64,000 nucleotides of DNA from Christensenellaceae bacterium (GTDB lineage Bacteria > Bacillota > Clostridia > Christensenellales > Borkfalkiaceae), in the NCBI GenBank assembly GCA_045586885.1, contig JAZNBE010000016.1, positions 12,757-76,756 on the forward strand. Reading direction: 5' to 3'. The notes beneath the pieces were generated by a model. It was given only the letters and a program-made list of their open reading frames with translations, ran no database searches and was not told the DNA's origin. Made by a program: the position numbers and the translations under genes. Each line of letters begins with the position of its first letter. The stretch's first letter is position 1. This document shows, in pieces, positions 54,467-62,686 of this stretch.

Positions 54467-56512
54467 ATGGCTAATGACAATAAAAAGAAAGGTTTGGACG
54501 CATTTGCAGGGCGAAAGGTTGGTGGCGACGCTAAGTATCGCGCGCATCACTTAGAAGCCTTAAGAATTGAACGCGCTAAAGCGGCTGAACAAAGAATTAA
54601 AGATTTTTATAACCAAGCGAAAACGCTTGATTGGTCTCGTCGCGCGATGGCGTTTTGCGATGAAGAAGAAGCAGCTGCAAAAGAATACGCTGATATTTGC
54701 GGTTCTTTAGATTTGTTGCCTAAAATTAGAAGAGAGGCTCAAATTCGTATCGACGAAGAGAACGATAGGCTTAGAAAAATTGAAGAAGAGAAAGAGAAAA
54801 AGCGTTTAGAAGAAGAGGCTAAAGAAAAAGAACGCTTAAGACAAATTGAAGAGCAAAAGAGAATACAAGCCGAAAAAGAAGCCGAGCAAAAACGCCAACT
54901 CGAGCTTATGAAACAGCAACAAGAGTTAAAAGAAATGGCGGAAGAACAAGAGTTCGTTGCCGATATTGAAAAGATTATTTCATCGCTTTCTAAAGACGTT
55001 AGAAACGAGGCTTGGGTTGACGGTGTTAAAAACACTCACGCAATAGCAACCGGCTTAGAAAAAAGGGTTTACGATAAGATTAAAAATCGTTTTTTATTAG
55101 AAGGCTTTGTAAAAGAAATTGAAGACGTTGAACTCGCTATCGATATCGACGACGAGATTATCGACCTTCAAAACGCAAAGAATAAGAATAAGGCTTGGGC
55201 GTCTAAAGTGTTTGCTTTAGAGGGCGAACTTGACGGAAAACACGAAAAATATTTAACGCAAAAGCCAACTTACTTCAAACTTGTTACGCTTGCTAACAAG
55301 GTTTATTACGCAAGCGAGTTGTCTTCTTTAGAAAATTTCATAATTAAAGTAGAACAAGGTCAAGGCGCGTCGTTCGTTGATGAACTTGAAAACGTAATGA
55401 AGAAAAAACAAACGCTTGCCGACCAAATTTTAATTGAAGAATTCATTACTGGTTTTGACCTTCGTTTCCAAAAGGCAGTATCTACCGTAAACGATATTAT
55501 TGCCGATAGAAAAAGAAGGGAAAAGGAGGCTAAAGAAAAGGCTCAAAAAGAAGAGAAAGAGAGAATACGTAAACAAAAGGCGGAAGAGGCTGAAAGACTT
55601 CGTATTCAAAAAGAAGAAGAAAGAAAGGCTAAACTCGAAGCAGAGCGCTTAGCGAAAATTAAAGCGGATGAAGAGGCTGCTGAAGCGGCAAGACAGCGCG
55701 CTAAAAAAGAAGCGGAACGTCAAGCGGCGTTAAAGAAAGCAAGGCGCAGAAATTTAATTGAAATAATTTCCGTTTCGCTCGTTTTCGTTGCGTTCCTAGT
55801 TCTTGGCATTATAACTAAAAACGTTACGCGTTCGTTCTTCTTAGGTTTTGGTTTAGTTGCCGTAATATCTTACGTTTACTTTAGACTTGCCCAAATTTTA
55901 AGAAATTTAGATAAAGAATCTTTAAGAGCGGTAATATTCACTATTTTAATGATAGCCGAAGCAATTCTTGGTGTCGTTTTCGTATTCGTTGATAGAGGTT
56001 ATAATGGTAATCAATTAGGAATTGTAACCACGGCTCTTGCTCTTGGCATAATTGCTCAAGGTCTTAGCACCTATTTCGTTGGTGGAAACTATCTTGAAGA
56101 TATTGAAAAAGATATAATTTCTATTTTCTGCGTAGTAGCAGGCGCATTGTTAGGCTCTGGAATTTTCCTTATGTCTGGCGCAAGCATATGGTCAGGATTA
56201 GCAGGCGGTATAATCGTAGCGGCAGGCGCTTTCGTTGCTATTTGGGTTAACTATGAAGTATCGTCTTACCATTACGATATAGGCATTTTCATAGAAGTTG
56301 GCTATGCAATTATGGCGGTAATAGGCTGTATTCTTTGCTTATTTGATGCTTGGAGTTTATATATTCTCGGCGCGTTCTTTATAGTATCTAGCGCGGTTTC
56401 GGCATTTCTTATGGGTAATGATGACATTGACGGAGGCTACCTTGTTGGGTCTATTGCGTCGATTGGAGGGCTTATCTTCCTAATTGCAGGTTTGGTTATT
56501 TGTTTAACCTAA
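54467..56512 (+). CDS. hypothetical polytopic membrane protein with ~430-aa cytoplasmic Glu/Lys-rich coiled-coil region
   Basis: GGGAGA RBS; two E/K/R coiled-coil blocks; about 8-9 TM helices from ~55760 to the C-terminus; no family recognised. Confidence 0.8.
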   Translation: MANDNKKKGLDAFAGRKVGGDAKYRAHHLEALRIERAKAAEQRIKDFYNQAKTLDWSRRAMAFCDEEEAAAKEYADICGSLDLLPKIRREAQIRIDEENDRLRKIEEEKEKKRLEEEAKEKERLRQIEEQKRIQAEKEAEQKRQLELMKQQQELKEMAEEQEFVADIEKIISSLSKDVRNEAWVDGVKNTHAIATGLEKRVYDKIKNRFLLEGFVKEIEDVELAIDIDDEIIDLQNAKNKNKAWASKVFALEGELDGKHEKYLTQKPTYFKLVTLANKVYYASELSSLENFIIKVEQGQGASFVDELENVMKKKQTLADQILIEEFITGFDLRFQKAVSTVNDIIADRKRREKEAKEKAQKEEKERIRKQKAEEAERLRIQKEEERKAKLEAERLAKIKADEEAAEAARQRAKKEAERQAALKKARRRNLIEIISVSLVFVAFLVLGIITKNVTRSFFLGFGLVAVISYVYFRLAQILRNLDKESLRAVIFTILMIAEAILGVVFVFVDRGYNGNQLGIVTTALALGIIAQGLSTYFVGGNYLEDIEKDIISIFCVVAGALLGSGIFLMSGASIWSGLAGGIIVAAGAFVAIWVNYEVSSYHYDIGIFIEVGYAIMAVIGCILCLFDAWSLYILGAFFIVSSAVSAFLMGNDDIDGGYLVGSIASIGGLIFLIAGLVICLT

Positions 56513-56519
56513 ATTTGCG

Positions 56520-56555
56520 GAAGTTAAATTTTATAAAGAAGTTAAATTTTATAAA
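56520..56555 (+). repeat. perfect tandem 18-mer x2 in the gap before the ATPase gene
   Basis: GAAGTTAAATTTTATAAA repeated head to tail; followed by AATTATAATAT x2 at about 56569-56592. Confidence 0.9.
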
Positions 56556-56669
56556 AGCGAATCAAAAAAAATTATAATATAAATTATAATATTTTAGTGG
56601 TTTTGATGGGTTAAACGCCAATCATAACCAATTTTAACAAAAAAACACTTAAAACGTTGTAGGTATAAA

Positions 56670-59600
56670 ATGGGTTCAAGTTTAAGCGAATTAAAAAAAT
56701 TAAGAGTAACTTATGAAGCCGAACTAGCCGATAGAAAGGCATTTTATTCGATTGCCGTAAAGGAAGCCAAAAGCGACTATGAGCGTTCGCAAAAGATTGA
56801 TTTTGTCGATGAAGAAAAGTTAAGGTTTGAAATGTCTTTAGAATCGCTTGAAGATTTATATCAAGACCTTCTTAACATTTACGCAAAAACCAAGGGCTTA
56901 ACTTTTTCTATCACAAAACATATAGTAACGGTAACACCACGTCCCGTTCCTTTCGGCGAAGTTTACGCATATTTTGATAGAATTGTTGAAGATTGTAACG
57001 GCGCTTTAGACGAAATTGAAAGAAGTTCTACCCCTGAGCAAGATATTAAGCCTATAAAGGCTTTCTGTCAAGGCTTAGTTGATTTAAGATACGTAGTTAA
57101 AAACGTTCGCCAACTTATTCTTGATACTGGTGATACGCAACGCCGTAAAGCCGAAATTTTAGATAAGAAAAGGCAAGAGATTTCTAACGCGGAAAGAGAA
57201 TTTAAAGAGCAAACTTTACTTGAAAATTTCGATTGCTATCCTGAACTTATGAAGTTTAGAAATAAGGTTATCGAAGAAAGTAAAATTATCGAAGAGAGTA
57301 TGCTTGCAAATAGGCCTATATCGCCTAGAAACGACCATAAGTTCCTTATGGGTTTTTACGTTTCTCAAATTCCTAAAGATGACCTTAATTTTGCCGAAAA
57401 GGTCTTAGATATTCCAACTTCATGTTTTGCTCAAGACCCAATTTATTTTAATCTTGAAGCCGACCATACCTGTTTATTGATTAACGCTCCAAAACTTTTC
57501 TTTACTAAGTCGGAAGTGTTCTTTAACGATAAAACTAGGAAGTTAGAGTTCTACAAACTTTTAGTTAATCTTTACTTTAGTTTCGTTAGCAATATGCCGG
57601 CAAAGGGGCTTTTGTTTGGTGGCGTTGAGCCTGAAGAAGGCGGAACTTCTCACGTTTCGGCGTTAGAACTTAGAATTAAAAAAGACCTAGAAAACGCGCT
57701 CTTTAAAGACGTTAGAAGAAAGGTTGACGGCACTACCGATTCAATCCCTGAACTTTTCGAAGAGTTAAATAAACTTTGCGAAGATAGGGCAACGAGTTTT
57801 ATTGACGTAATGCATAGCGATATTTTCTCGTTCAACGAAGAAAACCCTGCGAGCGCAGAGCATTTTGTATTGTTTGCGGTAAACCGTTATCCTTACGGCT
57901 TAAACACTTCGCGTTTTAACGGAAGAGACGAACTTATAAAACTAGCAACCCAAAACGGTAATTTTGGCGCGATTTCTATAATTTTCCAAGAAAGCGACGC
58001 TAATTTTACGGCTGAAGCGCCTATGCTAACGGCGGAAGAATTAAATGCTGACGTTATTGATTTCCACGCCGACGGCTCGGTTACCTACAACGGTAAAAAG
58101 GCAACGCTAGACGTTTGCGTACCTAATTTCAATATTCCTGAATATTTCAAAGAAATCGCTAAATACCTTCAAGGCGCGTCTTCTATTAGTTTGTTTGATA
58201 TTTTAGATAGAGAAAATAAGAAAAAAGAAGAGCAAAAAAGAGCGGAAAAGACTGGTAAACTTGCTCCTCACAAGCGCTTAGTTGTGCCTATGGGCGAATC
58301 AAGGGGCGAGCCTTTCAACTTTACGATGAAGTCTTGCTCAACCGAGAGTTTTGCGCTCTTAGTGGGAACGGCTGGCTCTGGTAAATCTTCGTTCTTGCAT
58401 ACCTTCATTTTGAGCGTTGCATCTAAATATTCGCCTGATGAAATTCAGTTCGGGCTTATCGACTTTAAGTCGGATGAAGACTCGCCTGAATTCTCACAAT
58501 ATAAGCGTATTCCCGGTAAAGATAACCTTTATATTCCACACGTAAACTACCTTATGGTAAACGGTAAGCCAGAGTGCGCCGTTGACCTTTTCAGTATGCT
58601 TAGCGATATCAAGAAAGAAAGAAGTAAAATGTTCACCGCTCTTGGCGTTAGCGAACTTTCTGCTTATAACGAACACCCTAGAGTTGTAAGCGGTGAACTT
58701 CCTAAACTTCCTATTTTGTTCTTCATAATCGATGAATATAACGTTATGTTAGAAGGCGACGGCACTCGTGATAGAAACATAAACCGTAAAATCGTTACGG
58801 CTTTAACTTCAACTATAAAACTTGTTAGAGCGTGCGGTATTGGCATTATGCTTTCAGGTCAATCGGTTGCTACCGGTATTATGGGCGAAGAAGGCGCGCT
58901 AGCGCAAATGAATACTAGAATTTCGCTCTATACTAATAGTATCGAAGGTTATACTTCGCTAATGGGTTCTAACAACGTGCCATCACGTGATGCTAAGGCG
59001 GACGTTGATTACCTTCGTGATAAAGGTTTCTCTATTTTTACTACCGACGCAGGTAGAACCAGAACTCAAGTTCGCCACGCATACGCAGGTAATACCGGTT
59101 GCAAAAAGCAACTTGATTTAGCAAGAAAAATTCGTGAAAAATACGGCGATAACACTCAATTAGTCGCAGGCGCTGAAACGCTTTACCCTATCAGCCACGA
59201 TAAGAAAGGCGTTGCAAATATCGGTATTTGTGAAGGTAGTGATTTCCAAATTCCTATCGGCGTATCATCAGCGAGTATGAAACCGCAAGGCTTGGAATAT
59301 TCTAGTGAGAAAGACTCTTTAGGTTATTTCGCTCTAGCAAGCGCAGAACAACTTAACGCTATTGAAATCAACGCTATTTTATCGTTTATAGCAACGGTTG
59401 AAGAGCATAAACTTGGAAACGAAAAAGTCGTTTATATTGGCGATGGTCAATCATACGAAGGGCATCTTGACGAATACGTTGAGAAGTTTAAGCCTATAGG
59501 CGATAGAGTTGAACTTGCTATTGGCGCGATAGAAGGCGCTAAAAAACTTATTGAAATTTACGACTTAGTTGAAGAACGCGAAAAGCAAGCCAACGCTAAA

Positions 59601-60233
59601 AAAGGCGCTAAACCAGACCCTAAATTCGTTGTTTTGCGTGATATTGAGTGGCTTTCCGACGATGAAAACAGTTGGATTTCAGAACTTAACACGCCTGAAA
59701 AGGCAGAAGTTAAAGCCGTGCCAAACCCTGACTTAAAGCCTGTTGGTAAAGTGGTAACGGTGGAAGATTTACTTAAAGAAAAGCCCGGTCTTGCAGCACT
59801 TCCGCTACCTACTTTAGAAGCGATGGCAAAGCAAGCAACTTACGGAAAGCAAACCACAACCATAAAGCCTGAAGTAAAACAAGGCGAGAAAAAGCGTAGA
59901 ATTACTATTGACTTATTAAGAAATATGCTCAAGAAAATTTACGAGCGTGGAAACAGAGTAAACGTATTCGTTATTATAACTGGCGAAACTATCGACGCGT
60001 TCAAAAAGGTTGTTCTTGATAAAATTAGCGAATCTAATAGAGTTAAAGCGCAAGAAAGTTTTGCAGTTTACGCTTCGCAAAACGAATACGTAAACCCTAA
60101 CAAGCGTGATGAAGATTGCGTTAAAGATTGCGTTTACGTTTGCCCAAGCGAAAGTAAAACGAGATTATTTGATTATTCCATTGAGAACAATAAGGCTTGG
60201 TGGGATGCATTTATTAAAAAATTGGAGAAATAG
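56670..60233 (+). CDS. FtsK/SpoIIIE-family P-loop ATPase (1187 aa) lacking TM and FHA regions
   Basis: Walker A LVGTAGSGKSS (~58358-58390), LIDFK, Walker B LPILFFIIDEYN (~58710-58742), GIGIMLSGQS; N-terminal ~230 aa coiled coil; no hydrophobic segment. Confidence 0.85.
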   Translation: MGSSLSELKKLRVTYEAELADRKAFYSIAVKEAKSDYERSQKIDFVDEEKLRFEMSLESLEDLYQDLLNIYAKTKGLTFSITKHIVTVTPRPVPFGEVYAYFDRIVEDCNGALDEIERSSTPEQDIKPIKAFCQGLVDLRYVVKNVRQLILDTGDTQRRKAEILDKKRQEISNAEREFKEQTLLENFDCYPELMKFRNKVIEESKIIEESMLANRPISPRNDHKFLMGFYVSQIPKDDLNFAEKVLDIPTSCFAQDPIYFNLEADHTCLLINAPKLFFTKSEVFFNDKTRKLEFYKLLVNLYFSFVSNMPAKGLLFGGVEPEEGGTSHVSALELRIKKDLENALFKDVRRKVDGTTDSIPELFEELNKLCEDRATSFIDVMHSDIFSFNEENPASAEHFVLFAVNRYPYGLNTSRFNGRDELIKLATQNGNFGAISIIFQESDANFTAEAPMLTAEELNADVIDFHADGSVTYNGKKATLDVCVPNFNIPEYFKEIAKYLQGASSISLFDILDRENKKKEEQKRAEKTGKLAPHKRLVVPMGESRGEPFNFTMKSCSTESFALLVGTAGSGKSSFLHTFILSVASKYSPDEIQFGLIDFKSDEDSPEFSQYKRIPGKDNLYIPHVNYLMVNGKPECAVDLFSMLSDIKKERSKMFTALGVSELSAYNEHPRVVSGELPKLPILFFIIDEYNVMLEGDGTRDRNINRKIVTALTSTIKLVRACGIGIMLSGQSVATGIMGEEGALAQMNTRISLYTNSIEGYTSLMGSNNVPSRDAKADVDYLRDKGFSIFTTDAGRTRTQVRHAYAGNTGCKKQLDLARKIREKYGDNTQLVAGAETLYPISHDKKGVANIGICEGSDFQIPIGVSSASMKPQGLEYSSEKDSLGYFALASAEQLNAIEINAILSFIATVEEHKLGNEKVVYIGDGQSYEGHLDEYVEKFKPIGDRVELAIGAIEGAKKLIEIYDLVEEREKQANAKKGAKPDPKFVVLRDIEWLSDDENSWISELNTPEKAEVKAVPNPDLKPVGKVVTVEDLLKEKPGLAALPLPTLEAMAKQATYGKQTTTIKPEVKQGEKKRRITIDLLRNMLKKIYERGNRVNVFVIITGETIDAFKKVVLDKISESNRVKAQESFAVYASQNEYVNPNKRDEDCVKDCVYVCPSESKTRLFDYSIENNKAWWDAFIKKLEK

Positions 60234-60235
60234 TT

Positions 60236-60517
60236 ATGTTTAAGTATGATCAAGTTAAAGAATTGAGCGACGTTATGCTTAGCGACCTTGCTTCGTTGCG
60301 TAGTAGGGTAGAGTTTCTTAAAGATAAAACTGAAACGTTCAAAGAAATTTTGGGCGACACTATTGCCGATAGCGCTTTAACCTTGGTTGAAGATATTTCT
60401 TCAACGATTAATCAAACGGAATTGATTATTCGTGATAGAACTACAAAAACCGGCGAATTTGCCGAAGCAATTTCAACCACAGAGAAAATAATTAGAGGGA
60501 AGGTATCAAGACAATGA
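60236..60517 (+). CDS. small all-helical protein (93 aa), WXG100/Lap-like candidate
   Basis: Starts 2 nt after the ATPase stop; heptad-rich sequence of helical-hairpin size; no Trp. Confidence 0.7.
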   Translation: MFKYDQVKELSDVMLSDLASLRSRVEFLKDKTETFKEILGDTIADSALTLVEDISSTINQTELIIRDRTTKTGEFAEAISTTEKIIRGKVSRQ

Positions 60518-60810
60518 GTAACGAACAAATTCTTGCCGCAACTGAAGAACTTGAAAGCATAGTATCGCAATATTATAGCGAACTTAATTCTTTCATTAAA
60601 AATATGGAAAACGAGATTGATAACTTAAGAAACAGACTTATAGATATCAGTCGTAATTGGGATGACCAACATTTTAGAGAGTTCAAGTCTAGCGTGGAGG
60701 CAAAAATTAGAGATCTTGAAGTTCAATTAGACCGCGCGAAAAACCTTCTTCAAATCGTTGCCGAAACGAGAAAAGCTTTTGCCGATGCTATCGCTATTTT
60801 AAAAAGTTAA
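60514..60810 (+). CDS. small helical-hairpin protein (98 aa), WXG100-like with central W-D-D
   Basis: ATGA overlap with the preceding gene; two ~45-aa helical halves flank RNWDDQ (TGG 60658-60660) where WXG100 proteins carry WxG. Confidence 0.7.
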   Translation: MSNEQILAATEELESIVSQYYSELNSFIKNMENEIDNLRNRLIDISRNWDDQHFREFKSSVEAKIRDLEVQLDRAKNLLQIVAETRKAFADAIAILKS

Positions 60811-60873
60811 CGCTCTTACTTAAATTTTATAATTTAAAAAACTTGATTTTTAAGTAAATTTTAGAGGTGTTTT

Positions 60874-61128
60874 ATGGGTAAAACCTATTCCGGTCCTGGT
60901 TTTTTCGACGCAAGTTATACCGTTGAAGACGTAACTTTCTCAAAAACTTCGTGGGATGATATGCTTGGCAACGCTATGAACGCTAAAGCAAAAACTATTC
61001 CGTCTTCTTTTAACTATTATCATAGAGATATTTGGGAAAGAATAGGCCCGCTTATGAAGATTGATGAAGACGCAATTCAATATAGTTCTAACGCTTATGA
61101 AATAGAGGGGTTAAAAATAGATGAGTAG
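60874..61128 (+). CDS. hypothetical protein (84 aa)
   Basis: AGAGGTG RBS; 8-nt overlap with the next gene. Confidence 0.6.
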   Translation: MGKTYSGPGFFDASYTVEDVTFSKTSWDDMLGNAMNAKAKTIPSSFNYYHRDIWERIGPLMKIDEDAIQYSSNAYEIEGLKIDE

Positions 61129-62131
61129 TATTTACGTTTCCCCTAGTCAAATAAGCCGTTTTAAGAGCGACGTAAACGATATGTCAACGAAAATTAGAGA
61201 TTACACCTACGAAACTAATTCCCACGCCGACGAAGTTACGTCAAAAGCAAACCGAGCCATTTCTAACGCGCAACAAGCCATCGAAACTATGAACGACGAC
61301 TTAGAAAAAGCCGCTGAAGTTATGGAACATAACCAAGAATTGTTATATGCTCTCGAGGCTAAATTTGACAAAGTGCAAAAACAACTTTCCGCCGCAAAAG
61401 AAGCCTACCAAGCCGCAAAAGAAGCGCAAACTGACGCTAAAAACTCGTCTTCCGGTTCAACGGAAGAAGAAAGAAAAGCTCATAACCAAGCCGTTAGCGA
61501 GGCTAACGCTGCGGTTAGGTCAACTGGGAGCGACGTTTCTTATTACGAAGGTCAGTTAAATAGAATTCGTAACGATATTAAGCGTGTAAATTCGGCAATA
61601 AATCAGTTAAATAATATTATTTACCGCATAAACAATCAAAGAAGAGAAGCGGTAAACTATATTGAAGAAATTGCTAGTGGTCTTCGCGCATTGCAATCTA
61701 GAAGATCGCCTTTTAACGATGCGTCCGCAAAAGCCATAAACGAGTGTAGCGCAGTCGAAATGGTTGCAGACTCTGCGTATTCGTTAATTAAAGGCGCAAT
61801 CTCTTTAATGAGCGAATCGGCAGGCAAAGGCGCTGGTGGGTATGATGACGATCAAATTAGTATGAATTCGCCAAACGCTCTTTTATCCGCTGCTGAAAGC
61901 CTTGAAGAGATGAAAGCGCAAACTATCGAATTTACTAACGTGCAAAAAGAGAACGTGCTCTATTTTGAAGAAATTATGGGTGATAGTATTGCTCAAGAAC
62001 TTGCATCCGCTTGCTTAGATATCGGCGAAAGTATGACCGATGCTACGGCATCTTTTGACGATAAAGCCGAATTTTTAAGAGAAGCGTATAGAAATTTATG
62101 CAATTACCTATCTTTAGCAAATAGAGTGTAA
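61121..62131 (+). CDS. hypothetical helical/coiled-coil protein (336 aa)
   Basis: Long predicted helices (AISNAQQAIETMNDDLEKAAEVMEHNQELLYALEAKFDKVQKQLSAAKEAYQAAKEAQ); coupled on both sides. Confidence 0.7.
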   Translation: MSSIYVSPSQISRFKSDVNDMSTKIRDYTYETNSHADEVTSKANRAISNAQQAIETMNDDLEKAAEVMEHNQELLYALEAKFDKVQKQLSAAKEAYQAAKEAQTDAKNSSSGSTEEERKAHNQAVSEANAAVRSTGSDVSYYEGQLNRIRNDIKRVNSAINQLNNIIYRINNQRREAVNYIEEIASGLRALQSRRSPFNDASAKAINECSAVEMVADSAYSLIKGAISLMSESAGKGAGGYDDDQISMNSPNALLSAAESLEEMKAQTIEFTNVQKENVLYFEEIMGDSIAQELASACLDIGESMTDATASFDDKAEFLREAYRNLCNYLSLANRV

Positions 62132-62637
62132 TGAAAATTATAGTCGTTGGCAATATAAATAGCGGTAAGTCGTTTTTGGTTGATAAAATATCTCAAGCGT
62201 TTGAAGACTTTAAGGTTTTAAAAATTGATGATTTTAGAGAAAAACTTGGCGATGGAACAATAGATAAAGAAGTTTTAATTTGGGAAATTTTTTCAAAAGA
62301 AGTTCAAAAAACTAAAAACGCAATAGTTGAAATAACCGGCGTTGGAAAGCCTAGTGAAGAACTTGCTAAAAACAATGAAGATAGCGTTATTTTAGTAAAG
62401 GTTTTAACTAAAAAGAGCGTTTGTTTAGAAAGGTTAAAACAAAAAGATTTTACTTCCTTAAAATACCCTAAAGGCTTGCAAAAAATCGAAGACACTATAA
62501 GTTCAATAGACCTAAAGATAGGAAAAGGTGAAGTTGAAAAGTTGTTTTTAGATAACGTTAAAGCCGTAATAGAAGTTGATTTTCAAAAAATTAGAGTAAG
62601 TGAAATTGTTGAAAAAATAAAGAAAGAACTTTGCTAA
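62131..62637 (+). CDS. small P-loop NTPase/kinase-like protein (168 aa)
   Basis: N-terminal Walker A IVVGNINSGKSFL; TAATG overlap with the preceding gene. Confidence 0.7.
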   Translation: MKIIVVGNINSGKSFLVDKISQAFEDFKVLKIDDFREKLGDGTIDKEVLIWEIFSKEVQKTKNAIVEITGVGKPSEELAKNNEDSVILVKVLTKKSVCLERLKQKDFTSLKYPKGLQKIEDTISSIDLKIGKGEVEKLFLDNVKAVIEVDFQKIRVSEIVEKIKKELC

Positions 62638-62663
62638 AAGTGGGGCTATAACTTCATAAACGC
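62638..62663 (-). repeat. REP-like motif variant (inverted)
   Basis: AAGTGGGGCTATAACTTCATAAACGC, starts directly after a stop codon. Confidence 0.6.
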
Positions 62664-62686
62664 TAAAAATTAGAAAGGAAACAAAA

